Source: a virus. Taken from it: DNA of 64,000 nucleotides. A model generated the notes under the pieces. That model did no database searches and was not told where the DNA came from. It was given only the letters and a program-made list of their open reading frames with translations. The stretch lies in the IMG/VR virus record IMGVR_UViG_3300045988_103180; one strand, written 5' to 3'. Of this stretch, positions 19,643-28,503 are shown piece after piece. Positions within the stretch are counted from its first letter, which is position 1. Every line of letters begins with the position of its first letter. A program made the translations under genes and the position numbers.

Positions 19643-19975
19643 TTATATCATTTCAGAGTTGCATTTGTCAATTATTTTCTTTTTAGTGCCGATGGCTTTA
19701 CCTTTTTCATCTAAAACCGTGCCGATAGGACATCTTTTATAAACATATTTTAAAAATTCGTCTACCCTTTCAGTCTCATTTTTGTACATACCAAGAGAAA
19801 GAAAGGGTAGAATCTCATTATTTATATGTTCATATTCAGCATACGTGTCATCGTCTAATTTTCTAGTGCATCCTTGCCTAGATTCTTCTGGAACATATTC
19901 ACCTATGCGGCACAAGAGACATGAGTCATTGTCGCACTCATGACAATGCAAGCTAATGATAGTGTAATCATCCAT
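19643..19975 (-). CDS. hypothetical Cys-rich protein
   Basis: 110-aa ORF with CHECDNDSCLLC. Confidence 0.4.
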   Translation of the reverse strand: MDDYTIISLHCHECDNDSCLLCRIGEYVPEESRQGCTRKLDDDTYAEYEHINNEILPFLSLGMYKNETERVDEFLKYVYKRCPIGTVLDEKGKAIGTKKKIIDKCNSEMI

Positions 19976-20210
19976 TTGCCTGCCAATCTTTTATAAATCT
20001 AGCTGGATTGTAGGGAATCCATGCTTGATACTCTGGTGGCAAAACTACTCTTACTTCTGCTGGCTTTGTGACTATAGGAACACCGTTTACATATATCATA
20101 TTTGAATCAGATTCAATATGAATATCATACTGCTGTCCATGTTTCAATTCAACATCCATTGGCGGCACAAGATTTTTATATACCCAGTCTTCGCCAATAT
20201 ATGTATACAT
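19968..20210 (-). CDS. hypothetical protein
   Basis: 80-aa ORF overlapping its neighbours (operon packing). Confidence 0.4.
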   Translation of the reverse strand: MYTYIGEDWVYKNLVPPMDVELKHGQQYDIHIESDSNMIYVNGVPIVTKPAEVRVVLPPEYQAWIPYNPARFIKDWQANG

Positions 20211-20428
20211 TAGCGAGCCTTGCGAATTTCAAAGATAGGGTCAAAATAGGTCTTGCCAGCTTTGACTTTCTCAAGGAATGCTTCTGCATCCTTTTTCTCT
20301 ACAAACATCATTGCTTTACTTGAATCGGTTGTACGCATACCTTTTGCTGTAAGCATACGGAATTGCTTATCAATATAAGGTTCCTTGGTGCGCTTTCCAT
20401 AAATCATCCACATATTTAATACTCCCAT
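20210..20428 (-). CDS. hypothetical protein
   Basis: 72-aa ORF, start overlaps the upstream stop. Confidence 0.4.
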   Translation of the reverse strand: MGVLNMWMIYGKRTKEPYIDKQFRMLTAKGMRTTDSSKAMMFVEKKDAEAFLEKVKAGKTYFDPIFEIRKAR

Positions 20429-20628
20429 TCTTCTATGATATGCTTTAAACGAATTTCCTTAGTAAAATTGTTAATTGCTTCTATCTCTTGGTCTTGATAA
20501 CAATCATATACTTGGTCAACATTTCCAAGCCATACAAAATGCGTATATCCTCCATGATTTACTAAACCGAACAAATCAAAAGTTTTATACTCAGGTCGGC
20601 CTTGAATAATTGCGTCTTCAAGTGTCAT
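20416..20628 (-). CDS. hypothetical protein
   Basis: 70-aa ORF behind RBS AAGGAG. Confidence 0.4.
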   Translation of the reverse strand: MTLEDAIIQGRPEYKTFDLFGLVNHGGYTHFVWLGNVDQVYDCYQDQEIEAINNFTKEIRLKHIIEEWEY

Positions 20629-20664
20629 TAAATCTCCTTAAAGAATATTTTTTCTTTTGGCATA

Positions 20665-20693
20665 ATTATAACACATAAAAAGTGAGCCGTCAA
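20665..20693 (-). promoter_or_regulatory. sigma70-type promoter overlapping a terminator hairpin
   Basis: Minus strand TTGACG-17-TATAAT. Confidence 0.5.
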
Positions 20694-20714
20694 GAAAAAT
20701 TTGACAGCCCACTT
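20675..20714 (-). terminator. rho-independent terminator
   Basis: rc AGTGGGCTGTCAA-attttc-TTGACGGCTCACT followed by TTTT. Confidence 0.5.
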
Positions 20715-20724
20715 AAAATTTTAT

Positions 20725-21657
20725 TTAGTTGTTAAGAATGTACTCGCGCACTCGTGCCTGAGCAAGACCCTTGATTGCGGCCAACTTTACAGAAGCAGCC
20801 TTCTTCTTCTTGAAGAAGTCCCAGAAGTTCTCTTCAATAAGCTCGTCAAGAACTTTGTTGATAGCCATGCCAAAGAACTTACCATTCTTACAATCAATCA
20901 TATCCATATCGAGAGCGATAAGGACCTTGTTGATTTCCTTCTCGACAAAAGCATCAGTGCAATACTTCTCTACGAACTCCTTCTCCAAGGAATCAGTTCC
21001 AGTATAGGCAGTCTTCTTCTTAGTCTTGTCATTATGCCACTCATCACGTACAATCTTTGCAATTTGGATATTGCCCCACGGGTCGCGCACACAAGGATAA
21101 GCCTTGATTACGATGCCCTCACCGATAGTCCCCTTTGGAAGATTGTAAATACATTCGTCAACATGCTTATTCACATCATCCCAAGTCATGTTGCTGATGC
21201 GGCAAATGACAGGAACGCAACGATGATAGAACTTGCTGACTACTGGATACCATACATCATAATCAATATACTCACTATCATCAGTATTGAGAATATCAAA
21301 GATGAAGAATCCGCCCTCAAGATAAGTTTTGATAGTACCAGTGAACTTGCGGCCATCAACTCCGCCAAGCCACTCACCATAAATGATATAATTAGGATGG
21401 TCAAGCAACCAATTCTTTAGTGCATTAACCTCAGTATCGTCAGTGTTGGTGATATAATCAGCGAAACCAGCGTTATCCTTCTCGATAGAAATCTCACGAG
21501 TGCGGCTACCGCAAGTAATATTTCCATTATCGTTTACCCAGACAGAACTATTCGTACCATCCAGCTTCGGCTGCAAAATTGTGTCACGACCGATAAAGTT
21601 CTGAACTTCTGCACGAGTCGAGCGCTCAAGATGCACATACTTATTGAAATGAGACAT
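20725..21657 (-). CDS. Rnl2-like RNA ligase (nucleotidyltransferase superfamily)
   Basis: Motif I QPKLDGTN, motif III IIYGEW, motif IV GEGIVIK, motif V IAKIVRDEW. Confidence 0.6.
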   Translation of the reverse strand: MSHFNKYVHLERSTRAEVQNFIGRDTILQPKLDGTNSSVWVNDNGNITCGSRTREISIEKDNAGFADYITNTDDTEVNALKNWLLDHPNYIIYGEWLGGVDGRKFTGTIKTYLEGGFFIFDILNTDDSEYIDYDVWYPVVSKFYHRCVPVICRISNMTWDDVNKHVDECIYNLPKGTIGEGIVIKAYPCVRDPWGNIQIAKIVRDEWHNDKTKKKTAYTGTDSLEKEFVEKYCTDAFVEKEINKVLIALDMDMIDCKNGKFFGMAINKVLDELIEENFWDFFKKKKAASVKLAAIKGLAQARVREYILNN

Positions 21658-21689
21658 TATAAAATCCTTTCTCTTGTTTTCGTAATTAC

Positions 21690-21718
21690 ATTATACACAA
21701 ATTTTTGACCGCACGCAA
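21690..21718 (-). promoter_or_regulatory. sigma70-type promoter
   Basis: Minus strand TTGCGT-17-TATAAT. Confidence 0.5.
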
Positions 21719-22050
21719 GAACTTTTTTCTTCTCTTTTTCTTATTTCTTTTTACTACTTTACTACGTAAAGTAGTTTATTTTTCTTTATTCTTTTATTAT
21801 CTTCTTTTAATAGAAATTACTGTGCGTAGCACAGGAATTTCTTTATAATAAAATCTTTTATATAATACAATTATATAATATCTCTTTCTTATATATATAA
21901 AAATCAATATACATATATAAACTATTTTATATAAACTAATATAATTTATTTTATATATATTTAAGGGGTAAACCCCTTAACAACCCAGTTAAAAAGTATA
22001 ATGATTTTCAAATCTTTTGTCAAGAAAAAAATTTTAACTAAAATTCTTTT

Positions 22051-22080
22051 TAAAAAAGTATTGACAGGCACTATTGCTAT
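22051..22080 (+). promoter_or_regulatory. sigma70-type promoter
   Basis: TTGACA-18-TATAAT. Confidence 0.55.
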
Positions 22081-22120
22081 GATTTATAATATAGCCAACG
22101 CATAAAAGAAAGGATATTAC

Positions 22121-22501
22121 ATGGAACCAATTACAGCAGAAAAAGCACGTGACATGCGTTATGTCGCATTAAAGAAGAAAAAAGAAGAGCGATTAAAGAA
22201 AGTCCAAGAGTACGATTACTTCCATATCGTAATGGAAGATATTGAGAAAGCTGCCAATGACGGCAAGAACAGCTTAGACTTTTATCCGCATATATCAGAC
22301 TTCTACGATGAAATCATTCAAAGCGGTAGCATTGTACCAGCCGCGGACAAAGATTTTTCCCACCACGAGAAGGAAGTTTTTAAAGCTCTTGAAGAATCTC
22401 TTGGCTATGACGTAACACGCAATGAATACTATCAAGTAACTTATTTTCGTGGCGTTGACCGCATTGATATTACGATTAGTAAGTATACTATCTATTGGTA
22501 G
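22121..22501 (+). CDS. hypothetical protein
   Basis: 126-aa ORF behind RBS AGAAAGGA. Confidence 0.45.
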   Translation: MEPITAEKARDMRYVALKKKKEERLKKVQEYDYFHIVMEDIEKAANDGKNSLDFYPHISDFYDEIIQSGSIVPAADKDFSHHEKEVFKALEESLGYDVTRNEYYQVTYFRGVDRIDITISKYTIYW

Positions 22502-22507
22502 GTAAAA

Positions 22508-23020
22508 ATGAAACATACGCTAATTCTAATGTGTGGCGTAACGCAGAGTGGCAAATCTGTATTTGCAAAGGCAATTCAAGATTCACATGAAGACTGTATG
22601 ACAATCAAGAGAGATAATTGCCGCATGTATAATTCAGAAGATGCAAACACAGTTGACAAACGTTTCTATAATGCAGTAAATATTGCCTTAAAATCACATC
22701 GTTACGTTGTGGCGAATGACCGCAATATCAATCGCGTTGAGCGCGATAAATTTTTCAACAATGTAAATTATAATGGTTGCGAGGTTGTTTGTGTTTGGGT
22801 TGAGACTCCACAAAATGTAGCAGTTGCGCGCAATAAGAATCGTGATAAATATCATCGTTTAAGTGAAAAGGAAATTGCAGAAATGTATAGATGCAAAGTT
22901 TCGCCACAAGAAAATGAGTCGTTTGACAAGATTGTATTTATTTCAGAGCAGCAAAACTACGCTATCGGCACAAATAATATGCAAATTTTGCCAATCATTG
23001 ACCAACTAAAGGCAATCTAG
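22508..23020 (+). CDS. P-loop polynucleotide-kinase-like (AAA_33-type) kinase
   Basis: Walker A MCGVTQSGKS, RDNCR, and WVETPQNVAVARNKNR resembling the T4 Pnk kinase domain. Confidence 0.55.
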   Translation: MKHTLILMCGVTQSGKSVFAKAIQDSHEDCMTIKRDNCRMYNSEDANTVDKRFYNAVNIALKSHRYVVANDRNINRVERDKFFNNVNYNGCEVVCVWVETPQNVAVARNKNRDKYHRLSEKEIAEMYRCKVSPQENESFDKIVFISEQQNYAIGTNNMQILPIIDQLKAI

Positions 23021-23063
23021 TCTTACAATTGAATATTGAAGTCAACTATGATGAAAGGTTATA

Positions 23064-23996
23064 ATGTTGAAAATTCTTATTTCTATTATCAGTGTACTTA
23101 TTGCAATTTCAGGAATCGCCGCATGTCTGTCTTTTTTCCATGAAGATGAACACAAAGAGCGTGTCCAGCTAGGACGACGAGCAGTAGTTATCGTGCTTGG
23201 TCTAATTGCAACTGGCATTTGCTGTGTCTACTCACAAGACGTAGGTGAAGTAGTCGTTCTTCGTTCTCTTGGCGGCAATCTAGCCGGGTCTACTACAGAT
23301 GCAGGCTTTCACTTTACCGCACCTTGGAATGATGTAATTACGTTTGATACGCGCAATAACCTAATCAACTTTTACGGTAAAGACACAGAATACTCCTATG
23401 ATGGTGGCTCTGCTGAAGGTCCTTGCGTAACCGTAAATGATAAGTCAGGTTCTTCTGCTAATGTTGATATTCAGATTAACTACAGTCTTGACCCGAAGAC
23501 AGCTGAGTATCTTTACACTGAATACGGAACCCAAGAGAACTTCACCAAGAATTATGCAGCTAATGACCTACGTTCTGTTGCACGTGAAGTTTCAGGTCAA
23601 TTTGATACTATTACAATGCTGACTGACCGCGCTCAGTACACCAAGGCCGTCCAAAAAGCTCTTGAAAAGAAGTGGTCTAAGATTGGTCTTACTGTTGAGC
23701 AGGTAAGTGTTCAGGATATTTCTTATGCTAAGTCTATTACCAATGCTTATGCTGATTCTCAGGCAGCAGAAGTAGAGAAGGCTAAGGCTCAGAACCAGCA
23801 GGAAACTGCAAAGATTAAGGGTGAGACTAAGGTTATTGAAGCTACTAAAGAAGCAGAGGCAAACCGTGTACTCAACGAATCTCTAACTGACAATGTTCTA
23901 ACACAAGAGTACATTGATGCTCTAAAGGAAATGTCAAAGAATGGTAATACTGTAGTTGTGCCGCAAGGGTCAACACCAGTAGTCAATACAAAATAA
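23064..23996 (+). CDS. SPFH/band-7 (prohibitin/HflC-like) membrane protein
   Basis: N-terminal TM helices, GEVVVLRSLGG...GFHFTAPW, and a C-terminal Ala/Glu/Lys coiled coil. Confidence 0.65.
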   Translation: MLKILISIISVLIAISGIAACLSFFHEDEHKERVQLGRRAVVIVLGLIATGICCVYSQDVGEVVVLRSLGGNLAGSTTDAGFHFTAPWNDVITFDTRNNLINFYGKDTEYSYDGGSAEGPCVTVNDKSGSSANVDIQINYSLDPKTAEYLYTEYGTQENFTKNYAANDLRSVAREVSGQFDTITMLTDRAQYTKAVQKALEKKWSKIGLTVEQVSVQDISYAKSITNAYADSQAAEVEKAKAQNQQETAKIKGETKVIEATKEAEANRVLNESLTDNVLTQEYIDALKEMSKNGNTVVVPQGSTPVVNTK

Positions 23997-24004
23997 TATA
24001 AATT

Positions 24005-24040
24005 AGTCCCAAAGTTTCTATTGACTTTGGGACTTTTTTG
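24005..24040 (+). terminator. rho-independent terminator
   Basis: AGTCCCAAAGT-loop-ACTTTGGGACT followed by TTTTTTG. The loop contains the next -35 box. Confidence 0.6.
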
Positions 24041-24049
24041 TTATATAAT
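24021..24049 (+). promoter_or_regulatory. sigma70-type promoter
   Basis: TTGACT-17-TATAAT. Confidence 0.55.
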
Positions 24050-24082
24050 AGACTTAAATAAAATCCAAGGGAAGGAAGAGTA

Positions 24083-24271
24083 ATGGGGATTGATGCTATT
24101 ACAATTATTTGCATCACTGTTCTTGTGATTGCGGCAATTGCTGGGAAATGTTATATGGAGCATATAGCTCTAGAAACTAGAAAAATTTGCCCCAAAGCAA
24201 GTCTGCGGCAGAAAAACATTGACAACATGCCATACGTATCCAATGATATTTGGAAGGTCAAGATTAAGTAA
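24083..24271 (+). CDS. hypothetical small membrane protein
   Basis: 62-aa ORF, hydrophobic N-terminus, leader CCAAGGGAAGGAAGAG. Confidence 0.4.
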   Translation: MGIDAITIICITVLVIAAIAGKCYMEHIALETRKICPKASLRQKNIDNMPYVSNDIWKVKIK

Positions 24272-24344
24272 TGATTTGTTTTGCTATTGGTTTCTTTTTC
24301 GGCTACACTGTAGCATGTCTTATGTTTAATTCTAGGGAGTAGCA

Positions 24345-24467
24345 ATGGCAGATTGTTTGTTTGTACTATACGTACTTTTTATATGCGGCTATTCATATGT
24401 TGCACTTGCCGCACGTTTTGAAAAGTTTCGTTTTGAAATCTATAAGGCATTTCTTGAAATGTTTTAA
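24345..24467 (+). CDS. hypothetical 40-aa membrane peptide
   Basis: Below the ORF-track cutoff. RBS GGGAG 7 nt upstream. Hydrophobic core LFVLYVLFICGYSYVALA. Confidence 0.3.
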   Translation: MADCLFVLYVLFICGYSYVALAARFEKFRFEIYKAFLEMF

Positions 24468-24496
24468 TTGACCTTTGGCTTTATATATAATATAAT
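24468..24496 (+). promoter_or_regulatory. sigma70-type promoter
   Basis: TTGACC-17-TATAAT. Confidence 0.5.
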
Positions 24497-24613
24497 ACAA
24501 GTATAAAGTCAAGAGACTCCTTGGCAGAAAAGTTATGCAGCGCCCTGCAAAGGCGTTTAAACTGGAGCATTACCAGCAGGAGTCTCTTGATTTTATATTT
24601 GAAAGGAACAATT

Positions 24614-24802
24614 ATGCGTGATGTAAATAGAATCTATGATATTCTTGTGAAGTTTCAAGACCTATGGGAACAGTATCCTGACCAGCGTTTTGGGCAGATT
24701 ATCTCTAATTATCTTGTAAATGATAAGGAAGATATTTTCTATATTGAAGATGATGAACTGTCCAAGCGCCTTACTGACCAGCTTTCAATGATTGAGTGGT
24801 AA
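24614..24802 (+). CDS. hypothetical protein
   Basis: Start moved to the ATG at 24614 behind GAAAGGAA. The upstream part of the track ORF lies in a leader hairpin. Confidence 0.45.
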   Translation: MRDVNRIYDILVKFQDLWEQYPDQRFGQIISNYLVNDKEDIFYIEDDELSKRLTDQLSMIEW

Positions 24803-25032
24803 CTATGAATGTTTATTGTCTATTGGCTGCAATGAAAGATGATTTAAAGGAAAATGCGTATGTAGAGTTTGCTATGTATGATATGCCTAATATGCGCACA
24901 GAATCAGTCCCGCTAAATGAATGGTTAATTGACCCAGAAGACGAAATCTTAAAGGCCAACGTTATCGAGTTTGATATTGAGACTGACAAAAACTATGGCT
25001 ATTTAATGTTCACTATCTTTATCGCTATGTAA
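24796..25032 (+). CDS. hypothetical protein
   Basis: 78-aa ORF (alternative start 24805). Confidence 0.4.
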   Translation: MVTMNVYCLLAAMKDDLKENAYVEFAMYDMPNMRTESVPLNEWLIDPEDEILKANVIEFDIETDKNYGYLMFTIFIAM

Positions 25033-25040
25033 AGGATATT

Positions 25041-25613
25041 ATGATTACTCAGTATGGTTGCAGCACAGAGTTTTGTGAGACAGCAAGGCGCAATGTGATT
25101 GACGCATATAAAAAGTGGACCGATGAAGAGATTAAAGCTGACCTGCAAAAGAATAGGCTCCCGATGGTTTCTATCTTTATGAATGTAGGATATAATATCA
25201 ATATTGCCAGCGGCATCCGCGCACATAATGCGTTTCTTGGAAAAGAAATCTATATCATTGGCCGTAAGAAATGGGACAGGCGTGGCTCAATTAGCACTCA
25301 TAGATATGAAACTGTATATCATGCTGATAATTTTGATGAAGTTTTAGAAATTCTTCACCCTCTTGGATATACTATCTTTGCTGTGGATAATATTCCAGAG
25401 TATAATCCGCATAATATTTATGATGCCGACATTCCCATGAAGTCTGCGTTTGTATATGGCAATGAGTGTGACGGTTTGCCAAAAGAAATCATTGACAAAT
25501 GCGATGAAATGATTTATATTCGTCAATATGGTTCTTGCCGTTCATTGAATGTTGCGCAAAGCGCAGCCTGTTGCATGATGGAATATTCTCGACGTTATAG
25601 GATGAAAGGTTAA
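25041..25613 (+). CDS. SpoU/TrmH-family RNA 2'-O-ribose methyltransferase
   Basis: SPOUT C-terminal knot motifs: FVYGNECDGLPKEI, IYIRQYGSCRSLNVAQSAA. Confidence 0.7.
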   Translation: MITQYGCSTEFCETARRNVIDAYKKWTDEEIKADLQKNRLPMVSIFMNVGYNINIASGIRAHNAFLGKEIYIIGRKKWDRRGSISTHRYETVYHADNFDEVLEILHPLGYTIFAVDNIPEYNPHNIYDADIPMKSAFVYGNECDGLPKEIIDKCDEMIYIRQYGSCRSLNVAQSAACCMMEYSRRYRMKG

Positions 25614-25614
25614 T

Positions 25615-26244
25615 ATGCGTTATTGCAAAATTCAAGCTATTGTAAATGATATTCCATATACTCTATATGGACAATTTGATAATCTTATTTCATATGATGA
25701 AATTGAATATTATATCTCCGAAGCAATTGACTTTAACATCGAAGATGAGGAAGAAGAACTTGACTTTGAAGTTATATTGATGGACGATTTTGGTGCAGAG
25801 TTTAAGTGCGAGGACATGTCTTTGAACGACTGGCTTTCAAATGTTATCTGTGATTACAAGCATGTGCGGCCTATCCTTCAAGTCTATGTTTTAGGAAACC
25901 TCATGGATAACATGGTTTCTATATATCGTTCATATGAGGAAGATATTAGTAAAACTCCACAGTATCTATATCTAAGTGGTGAAGTCAGCAAAGATGAAGG
26001 TCGTAAGTATTCTGCCGCATGTGTCGTAGCTCCAGATAAGCAGCGCGTTGAGGTAATCGAAGAAGGCTGGAAAGACCTTCTCGGTCGTATCAAGCGTGAC
26101 GACAATATGGGTGGAGTATATATCAAGACAGGTATCTTCACTGTATTCGATGTACCGCAAGAAGACTATGAACGATATAAGAAGAATACAGAATTAGTAT
26201 TAGATTCAAGGTGGGATTCTATTGAACAACAGTATCCAAGTTAA
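25615..26244 (+). CDS. hypothetical protein
   Basis: 209-aa acidic ORF. No motif recognised. Confidence 0.45.
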   Translation: MRYCKIQAIVNDIPYTLYGQFDNLISYDEIEYYISEAIDFNIEDEEEELDFEVILMDDFGAEFKCEDMSLNDWLSNVICDYKHVRPILQVYVLGNLMDNMVSIYRSYEEDISKTPQYLYLSGEVSKDEGRKYSAACVVAPDKQRVEVIEEGWKDLLGRIKRDDNMGGVYIKTGIFTVFDVPQEDYERYKKNTELVLDSRWDSIEQQYPS

Positions 26245-27187
26245 CGTGTCTATTCCTCGTGGTATTGATGCCGTCAATGTGCTAGGCCCATCAGATAGGT
26301 ATGTAAGGGCCGTAAAAGAACAAATTGATGATACACTGCGTGTTAATCTTGGACGCTCTAATGAAGAAAATACTATTGTAATTTTCGGCAAGGAGAAGTC
26401 TGTATATCAAGCTCAAGAGGTATTTGAAAAGCTGATTGAAATTAAAGACGAAATCAGTACAGATGAAGTGCAGCTTCTTGCCAAGCAAAGTGTAGATGGT
26501 GGTATTTTTGATAACTCTGGTTCTTCTACTACTGTTCTTAAATATGGTAAAAAGGAAATCAAAGTACGAACAGAAGGTCAGCTTGAATATCTGAATAGTA
26601 TGCGGTGCAATGCTATTACTATTTGTATTGCACCTCCTGGTGCTTCAAAAACCTATACGGCTGTATGCTATGCACTGTCTCAGCTTATCAATAAGAATGT
26701 AGATACAATCGTTATTTCTCGCCCAATGGTTTCAGCGAAAGGCGAAGCAGATTTAGGTGCTCTGCCCGGCACTGCCGATGAAAAGTTTTCACTATATGCA
26801 CTTCCTATGATGGATGTATTTGAACGAGTTCTCGGACGTGAGAAACTTGATTCATATATTGAAAAAGGTAAAATCAAAATGCTGCCGCTAGGGTATATGC
26901 GCGGATGTTCTCTATATAAAACTTTCCTTCTCGTGGATGAAGCAGAGAACATGAATACGATTCTAGGAAAACTCGCAGTCACACGTTTAGGAGAAGATTC
27001 TAAGATTGTTCTATGCGGCGATTTGGTTCAGCAAGATTCCAAAGGCGAAAGCGGTCTTGAATATCTTGCCAATAGTCTAAAAGATGTATCTGGTATTGGC
27101 GTAGTACGTATGACAGAAGCAGATGTTGTAAGGCACGCTCTTATCACTAAAATGTTAAATGCTTTTGCCGCATACGATGAAAAATAA
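26222..27187 (+). CDS. phoH: PhoH-like ATPase
   Basis: Walker A APPGASKTYTAV, Walker B LLVDEAENM, CGDLVQQD. Confidence 0.8.
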   Translation: MNNSIQVNVSIPRGIDAVNVLGPSDRYVRAVKEQIDDTLRVNLGRSNEENTIVIFGKEKSVYQAQEVFEKLIEIKDEISTDEVQLLAKQSVDGGIFDNSGSSTTVLKYGKKEIKVRTEGQLEYLNSMRCNAITICIAPPGASKTYTAVCYALSQLINKNVDTIVISRPMVSAKGEADLGALPGTADEKFSLYALPMMDVFERVLGREKLDSYIEKGKIKMLPLGYMRGCSLYKTFLLVDEAENMNTILGKLAVTRLGEDSKIVLCGDLVQQDSKGESGLEYLANSLKDVSGIGVVRMTEADVVRHALITKMLNAFAAYDEK

Positions 27188-27190
27188 TTA

Positions 27191-27219
27191 TTGACTTTTG
27201 AATTATTTTATTCTATAAT
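27191..27219 (+). promoter_or_regulatory. sigma70-type promoter
   Basis: TTGACT-17-TATAAT. Confidence 0.55.
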
Positions 27220-27248
27220 ATATTTAGTTTAAGAAAGGATGCGGTCAT

Positions 27249-27461
27249 ATGAATTGGAACGATTTATCACCAGAAGCAAAAATCTATATTGAGTTAAGCC
27301 CTGTAGAGTTTGCAAAAACTTCTATGGCCGCTTCTATCTCTCTATTGGAGAATGCCAATAGCACTAAAGAGTATGAGCGTATTATCTCGAATTGTGTAAA
27401 CTTGCTTACACTATGCGGCAAATCAATTGGTTATCATCCTAATTTTACTTTGGTGAAATAA
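27249..27461 (+). CDS. hypothetical protein
   Basis: 70-aa ORF behind AAGAAAGGA. Confidence 0.4.
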   Translation: MNWNDLSPEAKIYIELSPVEFAKTSMAASISLLENANSTKEYERIISNCVNLLTLCGKSIGYHPNFTLVK

Positions 27462-27526
27462 AGTTCTTGACGCTGGATACATCTTATGATATTATATATA
27501 ATATAAGATGTGAAAGGATTTAATAA

Positions 27527-27970
27527 ATGGCTGAGTTTAGTAAGCATGATATGAAGATGTTTGATTTGGCGCGAAAGGCGGCACTGGAATCTACATATGA
27601 ACCTTTCAAACTCGGCACTGTTATGTCTTATAAAGGCAAAGTTCTTGCTACTGGTCACAACAGCCGCAAGACCAATCCTTTGCAAAAGAAGTATAATCGC
27701 AAATATCGTACGTTTAGAGAGAATGGTCAACCTATTCATGATTATCTTCATGCAGAGATTGATTGTCTTTTGAATATTCCAAAGTGCATTGATGTCAACC
27801 TTGACTATTCAAAGGTGAAGGTATATACTTATCGTATCTGCAATGGAAAGCGATTTAATTTCGGTTTAGCACGAAGTTGTCCTGCGTGCTTGCACGCTTT
27901 GCGTGATAAGGGTATCCAGCATTTTTATTATACTGGTGACGATTCTTTTATTTATGAAAAAGTATATTAG
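27527..27970 (+). CDS. dCMP/cytidine deaminase-family zinc enzyme
   Basis: HAEIDCLL and SCPACLHAL (HAE...PCxxC). Confidence 0.75.
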   Translation: MAEFSKHDMKMFDLARKAALESTYEPFKLGTVMSYKGKVLATGHNSRKTNPLQKKYNRKYRTFRENGQPIHDYLHAEIDCLLNIPKCIDVNLDYSKVKVYTYRICNGKRFNFGLARSCPACLHALRDKGIQHFYYTGDDSFIYEKVY

Positions 27971-27978
27971 GTGATAAC

Positions 27979-28059
27979 ATGTTGATTGTAATTATAGGAA
28001 TTGTTTCTATTTTTCTTTTTTCTGTATATGCATATTACTATGGAAAGCGATTTAAGTAA
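27979..28059 (+). CDS. hypothetical 26-aa membrane peptide
   Basis: MLIVIIGIVSIFLFSVYAYYYGKRFK. Its stop overlaps the next ATG (TAATG). Confidence 0.3.
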   Translation: MLIVIIGIVSIFLFSVYAYYYGKRFK

Positions 28060-28349
28060 TGAATTGTATTATTATTCCTGACAAGGAAATGAATTCATAC
28101 ATTACAAAGCTCAATCCGAATTTTGTATTTGTATGGTGTGAACAGTATGCTACCCTTATAGATTTCGTTAATGGTAAGCGCGTTCCTGTTCGTGATACAT
28201 ATGATGCAATTGTTCCGCATTTTATTCTTGCATATGGCGATGACGAAGCTAAGAAGACTGTTGGCGATGCTGTACTACACAACATTTTAGCAGAAGTGAC
28301 GCAGATTTATCACGATACTAGCCGCAAGGTCTATATCATCACTTATTAG
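28059..28349 (+). CDS. hypothetical protein
   Basis: 96-aa ORF. Confidence 0.45.
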   Translation: MNCIIIPDKEMNSYITKLNPNFVFVWCEQYATLIDFVNGKRVPVRDTYDAIVPHFILAYGDDEAKKTVGDAVLHNILAEVTQIYHDTSRKVYIITY

Positions 28350-28374
28350 ACAAGTTCTAGACAATCTGTTTGAC

Positions 28375-28451
28375 GGGCTATTAGCTCAAATGGATAGAGC
28401 AAAAGACTTCTAATCTTTAGGTTACAGATTCGAGTTCTGTATAGCCCACCA
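28375..28451 (+). tRNA. tRNA-Arg(TCT), CCA encoded
   Basis: Hand-folded cloverleaf: acceptor GGGCTAT/ATAGCCC, anticodon loop CTTCTAA, T-loop TTCGAGT. Confidence 0.85.
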
Positions 28452-28503
28452 GACAGATTGTCAGACTTATATTAGACAGCATTTTTCTTTGAAAGGATTT
28501 ATT

